A DNA stretch of 64,000 bases from Priapulus caudatus. Taxonomy: Eukaryota. The notes beneath the pieces were generated by a model that saw only the letters and a list, made by a program, of their open reading frames with translations, ran no database searches and was not told where the DNA came from. The stretch spans positions 225,740-289,739 of the forward strand of contig NW_014577075.1 of the NCBI RefSeq assembly GCF_000485595.1, read 5' to 3'. Made by a program: the position numbers and the translations under genes. Positions 26,424-37,991 of the stretch are shown here, piece by piece; position 1 is the first letter of the stretch; each line of letters begins with the position of its first letter.

Positions 26424-29400
26424 CACACGTACACACACGCGCACACACTTGCAAACAGGCACGCAGAGATGCACAGATACAAGCACGGTGTCACGCTAAC
26501 ACGTACTACGCACCTTAAACACGATCTTAGCCTGATTGCGCGGTACAATCTCGGCGGCACAAGCTGCACAGCTGGCAGTCAGGTTTGACTGGAAGCGGCC
26601 GAGACAGTTCTCCGAACAGAAATCCATCGATTCCCAGGACAGCAACTGCTTCCGGCCGGATTCCTCCTTTATCAGCTTCTGGCACTGACTGCAGCTCTTC
26701 TCCGGCACCTAAGGGGAGAAGCCAGGACTTGTGATGAAGCGTACAATGTCACGTATTGTTGTTATTACTGACTATGTATTAGAATGTTAATACGTAGATC
26801 CGCTAACTGCTAGATCGCACAGTAGCACTCGCCTGCTCAAACCAGGTCGATGTAACATTCAAAGAATAGTCATTTTCCATGTGTTAAAATTTTGAACAGA
26901 CTCTTTCCAGATGCCTACCCAGGGGAAGGTAGTGAGCTTTAGCAGGAGAGGATAAAACTGCACCCCTGAACTCTTTCAACTATTGCACTGATGTGACATA
27001 TGACAGAACCCACTGACAATATGTTAGAGGCTCATGAACAGAATGAGCCTTGCTATGCAGAGTATGGATACCGTGAGTCTTTAGTGCATTAATTAGCTAT
27101 CCTCAATTAACAGTGTGGTTGCTACGTAGATTCATAGTTATTGTACAAGTTGTGACAGTGGCTTGTTGGACATTTGTAATGGATAGTCATCAATTTATTG
27201 TGTTGTTGTTTTTGCACATACCGAAGTGAACGTGCATTTCAGAAACTATTTACTTGATTAAAAAATGAAAACTGTTTTTTTAAATCAATGCATATATAAT
27301 AAAAAATAAAAAAACGTGTTTTTATTTAAATAACTTAGTTTTAATACTGCCTGAAGAACACAAAAATCTCAAATACTCGCAAGAGCATTTCTTGCAAAGT
27401 TCTGCAACACAGTAAAAGACGTTCAACATTATTTTGCTCTTCGACAAACTAACTCGCACTTTACAAGCATAAGGCACTGAAATCTTTAATCACAGAGATC
27501 TACGGAATCGAACGGCAGCATGATTGCATTACAACGTGCCCTGCGCACTCCACTATTATAGAGTCGATGGCTTCATTTGGCATTTGGCTTCGCTGTGCAC
27601 ATGTTGTACCTGGACTCTGCTAGCAGTGAGTAAACAGGGCTGGGAGCAGGCGTATTTAGGCGGATCCCCTGGTAGCTGCAGTGTGGATGAGGTCACCGTG
27701 ACGGACTTGTCACAGACGGTGCAGTTTACCTGTCTGAAAGTAACAATCAATGCCAGTCGATTACGAACCGTGACACGCCGGCACACACGTCGGCGCATAA
27801 ACATACAAACGCATACGTTGGCACACTGTATGATTCCAATGTTTGCTCGAATGAAACACTCCCCACTGCGTCTCTACCTCACCCTTGCCACCTAAATATT
27901 TCTTGTGGCATCTTAACATGTGCTACCCTTAGTTTTCACGTGTCCAACAATTCAGAGTTCATAGTAGTAAGACACATGTTGAAATAAGGACTTATGAGAC
28001 CCTTTCTGGAGGCCAAAATAAGACTATTTTTTACGCGATTTCTGATAGATCACCGACTATTAGAGTACACTAATAATATTTATATACACAATTGCACAGC
28101 AGATATAATTATTCCGTATTATATATACAACAATTCTTACTCTAAGTCGAGAACAGTTTATAAAACAATTTATATGAAATATTGTAGGTTGAAAAATAAG
28201 GACTATTAAGTACTTTTCTAAGATTTCACCAAAAATAAGTACTAATAAGGGCCCTTATTTTATTTTTGGCAAAATAAGTACTTATAAGACTTTGGAAGAC
28301 CCGCTACGAACCCTGCAATTCCGACTTCTCGATATCAGCCACTTTACCTAATAGACCTGTTCACTAACTTTTCCCGTTTGGTCGTAATTATTTCCAGGTG
28401 GACCACCGCATGGCCAACTAACACCCGACTGCTTGTTGAAGTCAAATGACCTTTCTCTAATAGTCACAAGGGTCTACCAGATATTTTTCCAGTTTCTAAT
28501 GACAGCCAACTTTACCATAAATAATTACATAAAGATGGCAAAACTTTGGTGAAAAGAATCATTCCTAAATTGCCTTAGCCCTTGCCCACACCTTCCAGGC
28601 ATAACCTAAACATTGAGCATGATGTTAGATGGAAATCTTGCTCACCCAGGTGGCGTGGTAGGGGAGGAGAGGTAGACCTGTGCGTTGCTTCGGAACTTTT
28701 TGAAGCATTCGTCAGTGCACAAGTGCCGCACGTCTCCATTCCTCACGATATTGTACTTGCACTTTCTCATCTGCAATTAACAGACCCACACATGTACATA
28801 ACTTCGTAAAAGGGGTAACGTAATCTTAGCTTTTAGCATATTTGGCATCGTTTGTGCTAGATAACATTTTTACTAGTCAATACCAATTAAGAATAAGCAT
28901 AAAACTGACTTCAGAATGTCGATGACTCTCACGGGGGAAAGGTACGAGTTGCACTAATGAAATTACACACTCCACACCCAGGCATCCTTATATTTTTTTA
29001 CAATTAAAATTATAATAGCCATATAGGAAATATTTTAGCTCTCATTACTATTTTTAGTAAAATTATACACTATTTAGGCTACATGTTATTTTTCCAAGTA
29101 CCATAGTGGTTAGAGATGAATCTAATATAGGGACAGTGATTTCCCGTTTCAAAAAATTGCCTTTTCCGTTTGGGAAAATCATGAATTCCGTTCCAAAGTA
29201 AAGAAAAAATGGAAATTCCGTTTTACCATAGAGATTGTACACACCAAAAATGCAAAATTCCGTTTAAATATATTTGCATGAAAAAAAGTATTTGGTACAA
29301 CCTTTGAAACCGGAACCGGCACCGAAACACAGGGCTACCAAAAGTCGTAATTGTAAGTCATTTCGCTCTGAAACTTGTCTGAATGTAAACCATATCATTA

Positions 29401-32400
29401 CCAATGATATTGTCAACTTTTTTGTGTGATTTTATTGAAATTTCGATGTTGTAATATGTAAAAATTACGTTTTCCGCGTTTTTTTCCGTTTGAAAACATC
29501 TTTTCCGTTTCCAATGGCCGTTTCCGTGTTTTCCGTCCGTTTTCCGCAATCGCGGAAAATCACTGTCCCTACTAATACCGCTATCAGTTCGAGTAAAACA
29601 ACACTTGTTGTATTAACAAGCATAAGCTACATGAAACTCAAAGGGTAATCAATACCAAACTGGCAGCATTACAAGGCAACCTATAAATTAAAAATCAGAA
29701 CTCCATGAGGGGCAATATCTGCTACATTTCTGAAAAATGCCTGCCCACAGATATGTCGATGTCTGTGTGAACATAGAATGTTGATGTCATTATCATTATA
29801 TATATATTCACCTGTTTACAGACAATGCAGATATGCCTGCTTATCCCAAGCTTGGATGCAGAGTCCTGGCTTGATTTCGGCTCACTATCAGATAACACCC
29901 CGACCACCTGATCACTCACTGGCTCTGTCTTCACATTCACCAACTTCTCAAATAGTATGAGAACTTCTGGCTCATCCTAAATGAATAGTCAACGACTGTA
30001 ATGTACAAACTGGCTTGGTATGCACAGTCATAAACTAGAACAACTACAACATTTGTGAACCTCAATTATCAAAAATAACCTAATTTAATTTGTACCATTG
30101 AACTACTGCCGAGTTCCAGTAAATCTTATTGTTTGCCAAGACACAACTGATCTCGTTTCAATTTTTTAAACTTTTTCAATTTTAATAAAAAATATATTTA
30201 GAACTAAATTAAACTGGTGAATTACATGTTTATATGGCTACACTATGGAGACAGGACTATGGGTCATTCAGGTTACTTCAAACAGAAGACATTTAACATC
30301 ATAAATCATCACACCAGGTAAACTAATATGATTTAGAAGAGGTGGATAGATGTGAATACTATTTTTTAGAAGAGTTGAAACTTAACACAAGTCACTTGTA
30401 AACAACTTACGAGCATTCACTATCACAGGGTTTCTTATACATGTTATACATAAGAAGCACAGTGGCGCACCGCCGTTGTCAAATTTAACATCGCCGTTGT
30501 GAAAACGTTCCCCTCTGCCTCTCTCGCCCCGCGTCCGGCTGCGTGCCTACGTGGAATCAATCATGCACGTTTTTTCCCCCAAACTGGCCATTACCTCCTT
30601 TGTCTAATTTTCCCTCAGAAGAAACCCTGTATCACTGTGCTCACTTACTTTGTATTCCTCGTCGATTGGTTCACTCTTGACACGAGTTATAACCTGATCT
30701 GCTACTGCATCCACCTTTGACTGCAAAACCAAACAGCCAATTTGTAGTAATACATCTGGGGAGTTTTCCCCAAGACATTTCATACGTCCACAGCACATTC
30801 GTGCAGCAAACATAAACTTCAAGTAGTTGTAAACAGTATGTAATAATAACCATCATCATCACCGTAATACTACAAAGTCATTTAGATGCAATACTACATT
30901 TCAAATTAATGTGGAAGTGATTTTGCTAATTAAGATACCGCAGGTATGTGGCTAGATTATTGCATTTCTTTGTTGAAGTAACCAGGTGCTATGTTGCCAC
31001 TTGTTTAAATGCAAACTTTAGGACACCACAGGAAGTTGGAAAGGGCAAAAAAGCAAATACTTTTTCCAAGGAAGGGTTACTGAGGCCACATACTTTTCAA
31101 CATCACCTTTTCAGGGAACAAAGCGGGATATGCGGAATCGGTGTAGCGCACACACGCACACCTGGTAGAGAAGCCACATTATTTTATAACCGTGTGCATG
31201 CGCAAACCGTGCAGGGAGTTGCACAAAATTACATACAATAACTGCAGTAATGCAGTACTACAGTGAAGTTCTCTAACGCACTTAGAATAGTACCGTTGGA
31301 GTAATCTCGGTGGGTATTTCCATTCCAAGCTCGCTCCCGTGTGACTGCAAGCCATCCTGTGTGCCCTCTGAAGGGGCACCGGACCCCCTGCTGCCCGCAC
31401 CATCGTTCGACCGTCCAGCGGCATTGTCGGCCGACCCCGTCTGCTGTCCGCCCGCAGCCGACTCCGAATCTCCGCCTCTCTGTTGAGACTCGCCGACCTC
31501 TCCGGCGCCCTCCGCCGACCCCGCAACCTCGTGACCCACCGTCTGTTCGCCAGGCGGCGCCACCTGCTCCAACTCTGCTTCGTCGACCTCCATCGGCGAG
31601 TCTGCGTCGATGTCGATCAACTCCACGAGCTTCGGCAGCGGCACTTCCTCGTCCACCTCCATGCTGTCGTCTGCCGCGCCCTCGCTGCCCTCCGCGACGG
31701 CGTTCGCGGCCGTGCCACTTCCAGGTGGCGCCACCAAATTACCCAGCATCGCCTCGGCGCTCTCCTCTCCGCTGACCGTCGTCTCGTCGTCGCTGAGCGT
31801 CACCTCCTCGCACGGCGGCGCCACCATCAGCGCGACGTCCTCGCACGGCGGCGCCACCATCAGCGCGACGTCCTCGACGGGGGCCTGCAGTAAATGCAGC
31901 GTGTAATCGCCGCCGGCGACCGTTTCCGTCGCATCCTCGCTCGGCTGCCCCCCCGCTGCTTCTTCCTCGCTAGATGTCGCCACCGCCGCTGCGTCCCGCT
32001 CGCTAGACTCTGCCGCCGCGTCTGCAGCAGCAGCATCCTCACTCGGCGCCTCGAGATTCGCCGTCTCGCTCGCGGACGCCGCGTTGCCGGCGGCGACGTC
32101 GTCGCGCGTAGACGCTTGGGCGTCGTCGTCGTCGTCGTCGTCAAGGGACACCACCAGCACTTCGTCGTTGGCGTGCGCCGTGGCGGGACGGACGCCGCCG
32201 CCGCCACCGTCCGATTCCACGGTTTCGCCGCCGTCTCCACCTTCGGGCATGTCCGATTCCACGGTTTCGCCGCCGTCTCCACCTTCGGGCATGTCCGATT
32301 CCACGGTTTCACCGCCGTCTCCACCTTCGGGCATGTCCGATTCCACGGTTTCGCCGCCGTCTCCACCTTCGGGCATGTCCGATTCCACGGTTTCGCCGCC

Positions 32401-34909
32401 GTCTCCACCTTCGGGCATGTCCGATTCCACGGTTTCGCCGCCGTCTCCACCTTCGGGCTTGTCCGATTCCACGGTTTCGCCGCCGTCTCCACCTTCGGGC
32501 ATGTCCGATTCCACGTTTTCACCGCCGTCTCCACCTTCGGGCATGTCCGATTCCACGGTTTCGCCGCCGTCTCCACCTTCGGGCTTGTCCGACGGGTCGT
32601 TAGCCTCGTGGCTAAGGTCGGTGTCGTCCACTAGTGCTTCCTCGTCTCCCATATCACTGCCAGGCGCGGTTTCCGCTTCCCTTTCTGCATCAGTAGCACC
32701 AGCTGCAGCAGCGCAGAGCTCTGTAACAGCTTTACCACTTTCATTAACTCTACTCTGTGCACCAGCACCACACTCGCTAACAGCTATATCCTGTACATCA
32801 ACGCGACCCTGTGCATCAGCAGCAAGCACCGGAACAGCTTTACCCTGAGCATCAGCAGCACAGTCCGTAGCAGCTTTACCCTGAGCATCAGCAGCACAGT
32901 CCGTAGCAGCTTTACCCTGAGCATCAGCAGCACAGTCCGTAGCAGCTTTACCCTGAGCATCAGCAGCACAGTCCGTAGCAGCTTTACCCTGAGCATCAGC
33001 AGCACAGTCCGTAGCAGCTTTACCCTGAGCATCAGCACCACAGTCCGTAGCAGCTTTACCCTGTGCATCAGCTTCACCTTGCACGTCAGCTTCAGACGCT
33101 GCGTCGGCGGCGTCCACCCCATCCATACTTTCGCGCGCGTTCGTCTCTCCTAACACATCTTCCTCTTCCGGCACACCGTCCTCTGCCTCCTCCTCCTCCT
33201 CCTCCTCACGATCGGGCAGCTCGCTTTCCGTCATCTCACTTTCCGTCATCGTCTCGTCTCGCACCGCGGGAATCGCCGCCACGTCGGGGCTCGCGCCAGA
33301 GGTGCCCTCCGGTGTGCGTTCGGTGTCGTCCTCGCTCTCGACGACGCTGCCGCCTGGTGGCGTGTATCCGTTCTGGATCATGTCGCCGTGTTCCGTCTCG
33401 TCGTCATCATCGCTGTTGCCGTCTGCTCCTGGCGCCACCTGGAGACATTTAGTCAAAGGAACGATTAGTCTCTTGATTTGTGTATTACACAGCGTACATT
33501 TGTTTTCAGTCTGCTGTCTTTGTAAACTTCCGTCGGACTCAGCTTTGCCTGAACGCAACAATGTATCACAGCGAAGATTCATACAGAAGCGAGAACCCTT
33601 ACCAGAAGCAACCTGCTGGATAACACATGTTCAATAAATGCACGATCACCAACGTCACGAGTAAAATCACGACGTCGATCACAGAAGGAAGCCAACCGGA
33701 ATCACCTCGATCGTGCCCGTAACGTGTTCCCCCTGCACATTGTCCGGCGGCTCCTCTGTGTCGGCGTGATGTGGCAGCACCTCGCAGTGGATGTGATCGG
33801 TGCATGTCGTCTCCTCAGCATCCTCCTCCGCACAGTCGTCCTTGCCGGCTTCCGAGGTTTCGACTGGACGCATCACCGGGCGCGAATAAACGTTAGATTA
33901 ACGTGTTGCATTATTTATACATTAGATTAACATGTGATTCACGTTAACGTCGACTCAATGTTTTTCGTTGTCTTCGAAGGTTTCGACTGGAAACTTGGCT
34001 GCTCAGAGGGACATCGTAGCTGTGTGGTAACGATTAGTACTATCATACCACATCGAAAAATTTGCGACTAAGACTGATATTAAATAGTCTTATTAATTAG
34101 GCCTGTGCCAAATTTGGCTCGTGCCGAGCGTTCACATGGACGGTTTTTCGGGGCCGTGCCGAGTTAGAATGAGCCAATTTGGTCCCATCGAAAACTTCTG
34201 ACCAGGCCCGAGCTAAATTTTAGCACCAGCCAAATCGGTAAAGCGGTAAAAATATAGTGGCCCAAATGACTGAGCTCGGATACGAACGTGCACTTCGACG
34301 AAATAAAGTCCAAAACAGTATAAACATTTGGAAAATTTGATCAGGATGTGCATGTTTTCAAGATTGATAATTGAACTCGAAACGGAAGTAAACACTGAAT
34401 CGTACACAACGCCATCTCGCGACAGACAGTATTCGCTTGCGTACGTGTGAACGCTCCGACTCAAGCCGGCTCAAGCCAAATTTAGCCTGAGCCAAATTTA
34501 GCCCATTTAGCTCGAGCCAAACCATTACCGCGTGAACGCTGTATGTAAGTGAAACGTTGCTGACAATGGCTCCCTTGTGTGTGCTAACATCAGGTACTAC
34601 TGCACGCTACTACATAGACTAAGTGAGATGCTATGCAGATTGACTTTAGAACTTCAAGAATCCAACATTAGTTAGACATATATATAGAGGCTCACGCTAA
34701 ATTTAACAATGAGCAATTTGAATTTGAATGAGGCCGATAAGGAGATACACAATCAACATTTAAACAACATACACTTCATTGTTTTACATAAACATATAGA
34801 ATTCATTGTTGCTGGAAAACCACTAACCAACTGATTCATCTGCCAAAACAGTGTCCATTGGTCCCCCTTCACTCCGTCCACTTTCATCCACTTCTGGCGT
34901 ACTATCCAT
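9487..34909 (-). CDS. ZMYM4: MYM-type zinc finger protein (ZMYM2/3/4, Drosophila woc-like), about 2000 aa, 23 coding exons
   Basis: Phase-consistent GT-AG exons in transcript order: 34828-34909 ([13 protein letters not shown]), 33706-33863, 31294-33438, 30649-30720, 29812-29976, 28646-28770, 27610-27733, 26514-26708, 25889-26041, 24834-25154, 22878-23400, 22254-22423, ~18783-18997 (indel-damaged), 17319-17503, 16683-16800, 16157-16351, 15646-15818, 13039-13257 (3 indels), 12589-12714, 11615-11875, 11113-11221, 10500-10608, 9487-9567 (TGA). Family motifs seen: repeated CxxC..FCS..C fingers, PVPVFVPVP proline tract, [21 protein letters not shown]3504 ([58 protein letters not shown]). The two 5'-most exons are less certain. 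The symbol names the closest vertebrate paralogue group only. Confidence 0.9.
10000..10402. mobile_element. Helentron-associated (HINE/DINE-1-like) non-autonomous element
   Basis: A (GACG)n microsatellite at 10327-10353 is followed by the hairpin agctcagcttga..tcaaggtgagct and an A-run; left boundary approximate. Confidence 0.45.
10716..11020. repeat. 42-bp intronic minisatellite, about 7 copies
   Basis: Unit cacgtgacataaaccctgcaacaccattggtgctcatcatct. Confidence 0.9.
11615..11875 (-). CDS. ZMYM DUF3504 exon (Crypton tyrosine-recombinase-derived domain)
   Basis: [53 protein letters not shown]; canonical splice sites, phase 1/1. Confidence 0.9.
13668..14745 (-). mobile_element. Helitron deletion derivative, copy 1 (zinc-finger and helicase C-terminal remnants)
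   Basis: Minus strand reads A|TC...cccaggaaacgccggg hairpin...CTAG|T. ORF 13854-14168 has MCCFNGKV fused to [15 protein letters not shown] (PIF1 helicase C-terminus). Confidence 0.88.
14791..15590. mobile_element. MITE with about 265-bp terminal inverted repeats, inserted in a (TA)n tract
   Basis: 14791-15055 is the reverse complement of 15325-15590 (tatcaagagct...agctcttgata); TA microsatellite on both flanks. Confidence 0.8.
17636..18430. repeat. 31-bp minisatellite, more than 20 copies; clean to about 17925, indel-noisy after
   Basis: Unit aacaactc(a/g)cccgtctacgtgacagata(tgt/cga). Confidence 0.9.
19495..19990. repeat. 22-bp minisatellite (noisy)
   Basis: Unit tgtatgtgacatgtaggtcata, clean at 19741-19830. 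Confidence 0.8.
20071..20620. mobile_element. hAT-like MITE (TAGGGG.GTAACGAT termini, internal AACCG repeats); a second assembled copy ends at 22227
   Basis: tagggggcgtaacgat ... atcgttacacccta with subterminal (aaccg)n / (cggtt)n. Confidence 0.6.
21523..21785. mobile_element. Small MITE with 37-bp TIRs (TAAGGCCAAAACAAAATATAGGTGTGGTTAC...)
   Basis: Near-perfect inverted termini taaggccaaaacaaaatataggtgtggttac / gtaaccacacctatattttgttttggcctta. Confidence 0.75.
22878..23400 (-). CDS. ZMYM exon encoding MYM/FCS zinc fingers plus poly-T and Q-rich tracts
   Basis: CTWC...FCSLNCL and CDQC...[18 protein letters not shown], typical of woc/ZMYM fingers; canonical splice sites. Confidence 0.9.
23543..23969. 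mobile_element. MITE copy 1 (GTGACC..GGTCAC termini, ATAT TSD)
   Basis: ATAT|GTGACCGGTGATAGCGAAATGAGTC ... GACTCATTTGGCTATCACGGGTCAC|ATAT. Confidence 0.75.
24035..24555. mobile_element. MITE copy 2, tandem with copy 1 and longer internally
   Basis: Same TIRs and ATAT TSD; carries about 80 bp (24108-24188) absent from copy 1. Confidence 0.75.
24834..25154 (-). CDS. ZMYM exon encoding MYM zinc fingers
   Basis: [36 protein letters not shown]; 321 nt, phase 0/0. Confidence 0.9.
27953..28315. mobile_element. hAT-like MITE with apparent 5-bp TSD (CAATT)
   Basis: caatt|CAGAGTTCATAG ... CTACGAACCCTG|caatt; internal ataag repeats. Confidence 0.55.
29128..29571. mobile_element. hAT-like MITE with 6-bp TSD (CTAATA)
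   Basis: ctaata|TAGGGACAGTGATTT ... AAATCACTGTCCCTA|ctaata; many ttccg subterminal motifs. Confidence 0.8.
31294..33438 (-). CDS. ZMYM giant acidic, low-complexity exon (715 codons) with internal tandem repeats
   Basis: Lies inside ORF 31282..33582. Acceptor ctccag at 33439-33444, donor ACG|gtac at 31294. Length 2145 nt, phase 0/0, splicing in frame to both neighbours. Confidence 0.85.
32208..32590 (-). repeat. Coding 42-bp repeat, about 9 copies ([14 protein letters not shown])
   Basis: Near-identical units in frame within the ZMYM acidic exon. Confidence 0.95.
32810..33070 (-). repeat. Coding 36-bp repeat, about 7 copies ([12 protein letters not shown])
   Basis: Unit ccctgagcatcagcagcacagtccgtagcagcttta, in frame. 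Confidence 0.95.
34127..34540. mobile_element. Probable Harbinger-like MITE remnant
   Basis: agcgttcac...gtgaacgct inverted ends; repeated gccaaattt motifs. Confidence 0.4.
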
Positions 34910-35096
34910 CGTTGGCTGTGCTAGTGTGTAGATATTTATCTGTTAAAATATGGACAAGGGAGAATAATCATAATATTCACAAAAATACAACAAACACGAT
35001 TTACATTTAGACTTGCTGCACACTCAATATACATTATGTATGTATGGGGATTTTAGGCATCAGTTGAATGCTGGTTCTATGCTGGTTTATAGAAAA

Positions 35097-36152
35097 CCAG
35101 CAGGACACCCGGCGTTGCCCGGGAAATGAAGTACTCAGTTTGTGACTACTTGGTTGAAAGGAAAAGACCCCCAAAATCTTCATGGAAATTCAGCATGAAT
35201 ATTTTCTTTCAAACAGAACATTTATATCCTTTGTAACAGAGATACACGGGTCAAACAAAGTTGACTTCTTCCAAAACATAGAAAATGAGCAAATGAACGC
35301 AACATTTAGCAGGTTTGCTGCAATAACTGGTGCTGCCCTTCGGCTGGTGGATTTTATTCGTTCTGCTCGGAGACTTGCTTGTTCTCCCTCAGCAGACTCT
35401 TGTTGTGTGCTGATGTAATGTTGGGAGGCATCAACACTGAGGCGAGCTTCATGTTGTTCCTCAGTTTCCCGCTGCCTGCCCCTTGCCTGTCTGGAGGACT
35501 GAACACTGAGGCAGGCGTGGCGTTGCTCCTGTGTTTCCTCCTGCCTGCTCCTTGCGCGTCTGGAAGCATCAGCAGTAATGCGAGACTGATGTTCCTCTGT
35601 TGTCTCTTGCTCTCTCCTTGCTCGCATGCGACGGGCTTGTGAAGATCTTCTGCCAATGTTGCATCGTTTTGTTCGTCCCATCTTGAACTGTGGTTTGGCG
35701 ACTTGCTCCTATCATGAATGCACAATGATGCACAGCACTGCGACTATTTGCGCTGAATTTTATCGAATGTTCTCGAACCTATCGGAAAAAGTCGTGCACA
35801 CTCTGTCAGTGCATAGTGAATGTTGTTATGACAAACACATGGCACGTGGAACATAATGCATGAATAGTAACGCAATGTGACGTGCATTGTACAGTAATGC
35901 GAATCAGTGCAAAGTGAATCCCGCCTGCATGGGCCCGTTTATTTACCGCTGCTACAAGGGTGCGTGCGTTGATTTAACGCTGCTGCAGAAGCATCATTTT
36001 TGCATCATTTTTTCCTTTTGCAATGTCAGATGTCCTCGGAGGTCAAATCCAATGTGCCCATGACATTCAGGATCCAAAGTTACATCTAATGGCCCATATT
36101 GATTTGATTCGAGAAAAGACAAACAGAGAAACTTCCACAAATATGTATTAGA
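35097..36152 (-). mobile_element. Helitron deletion derivative, copy 2 (RepHel N-terminal remnant)
   Basis: Shares both ends with 13668-14745: A|TC...cccgggcaacgccggg...CTGG|T. ORF 35190-35681 begins MGRTKRCNIGRRS with ET.E(E/Q)..RL repeats typical of animal Helitron N-termini. Confidence 0.85.
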
Positions 36153-37224
36153 TCAACAGATTGACAAGTTTTTGTGTAGGACCATTGATAATTACATTAT
36201 TAGAACTGCACAAACATCCTCACATAAAGGTTTACGAAATAAAATGTCGATTTGTTTAGCTATAAAATTTACTGACACTAAAATTATTTGGCCTTCCTAA
36301 AATGTATACAACACCATTTGAACGCCCTCAATCCTGACCGTCCAAACCTGCTATTGGTGGATCCAGATATTTGCCAATATGGGTGGAAGGGAGACAACCA
36401 CCAGTGATAGGGAGGTTTAGGGGAGAATCACAAGGTCCCACAGTGGCATCCAGCTGCAGATTTTAGAGATACACACAGCAATTTCTCACCTCTAGTGAGC
36501 ATTACATTTGGGAACCAACACATAAAATAGGTTTTAAATGTTCATACTTGACCGATTCCCATTTTTTCACTCGGTTCCTGATATTGATTCTTGGATTCAT
36601 GGGCCCCCTGGCCAGTGAACCGATCATATATATACTTTGTCTACACTTTTTTGATAACGTTCGTTGATAAGTGTGAATGGACGCTTGGTAAAATATAAAA
36701 TTTTTACCTGTTTCCAATCATTGTAATGTTTGTTCGTTGTATTATCATGATTAGCAGCAAAAGAGACAGCTGTACGATGTACCCCATTCCATCTATACCA
36801 GGGGTCAAAATTAGATTTTTATTATGGTATTCATTCGGGATACCAGGTATTGAAATCTGGTATCCCCCCCCCCCAAAGATCTGGTATCCCATTTTTTGGA
36901 TAGTAATTTCAGTTTGCCTTCAAAATTCTCATCGCTCGCGTTCATTTTACATACGCCTCCACAGTATTGCCTAGACGCATTGTCTGGTTCGCTTGATACA
37001 ATCAGGAGTAGATAATAGGGAAGGAGTGTGACTTCAATAAACAAGGGAAATTTGTCATTTACTAGCCTTATAATACCTACGATTTACTACACGTAACTCA
37101 TCCAACTTGAGCTCAAATCGTACACAGTACATTCGCCTAGCATCGTGCGAAATCGTTTCCTCGTATACACCCGCAATCCGGAGATATAGACTAAAACGTA
37201 CGACACGATTTTCCATTCTGCTGC

Positions 37225-37527
37225 CAGCAAACTCGATGCGTTTTGCGCTAAAATTTAAACAAAAGGCAGCTACTAACCACAGCTTGCTCTCTCGGCGAGG
37301 CGGTGTGGCTCGCAGGGAGATTGCGGTGGGCGTGCGTGTGTGGGGGCATATCAGCTGTATGACTGTATGCCGATATGTAGCTGTATGCCGGGTCAAAGGT
37401 TATCTCGCCGAGTGTTGCGTCGATGTGCAATCTCCCTGCGAGCCCCACCGCCTCGCCGAGAGAGCAAGCTGTGGTTAGTAGCTGCCTTTTGTTTTAATTT
37501 CGGTGCAAAACGCATTGAGTTTGCTGC
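37225..37527. repeat. Inverted repeat with about 100-bp arms and about 100-bp spacer (possible MITE)
   Basis: cagcaaactc..ggcagctactaaccacagcttgctctctcggcgaggcggtg..gcagggagattgc is mirrored at 37427-37527. Confidence 0.8.
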
Positions 37528-37687
37528 AATGATATTGATAACACAAGTGTCTTAACATTATAGGGCATTTACTCTATAATTCTGACACCTAGGCCTTAGA
37601 TCAATAATTATGCCAAGGAATGTGTACACTGTACAGTCTAGCTGTCCATGCTAGTGTCAGATTATGTTTCTAGGCCTAGGGAACAAC

Positions 37688-37991
37688 GGTGCAAATCCAC
37701 TTCAGGCACCTTAGGTATCACGAAGTGATGCACAGATTTCTGTGTATCATCAACTGATGCACAGACTTTCCGTATATCAAGGAATGATGCAAAAACCCTA
37801 ACCCTAACCCACTTCGTGATACCTCAGGTTATACTTTATGACTTAGGGTTAGAGTTTTTGCATCATTCCTTGATATACAGAAAGTCTGTGCATCAGTTGA
37901 TGATACACAGAAATCTGTGCATCAGTTGATGATACACAGAAATCTGTGCATCACTTCGTGATATCTAAGGTGCCTAAAGTGGACTTGCGCC
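37688..37991. mobile_element. Palindromic MITE with internal telomere-like CCCTAA/TTAGGG and about 9-bp TSD (Merlin- or MuDR-like)
   Basis: gggaacaac|GGTGCAAATCCACTT ... AAGTGGACTTGCGCC|ggaaacaac; arms over 110 bp. Confidence 0.7.

Noticed and set aside
31341..33452. Overlapping plus-strand and alternative-frame ORFs
   Set aside because: They are shadows of the GC-rich repetitive ZMYM exon on the minus strand.
33603..33612. 10-nt micro-exon (cag|GTTGCTTCTG|gtaag) in ZMYM
   Set aside because: It would shift the frame between two phase-0 junctions; no support without transcripts.
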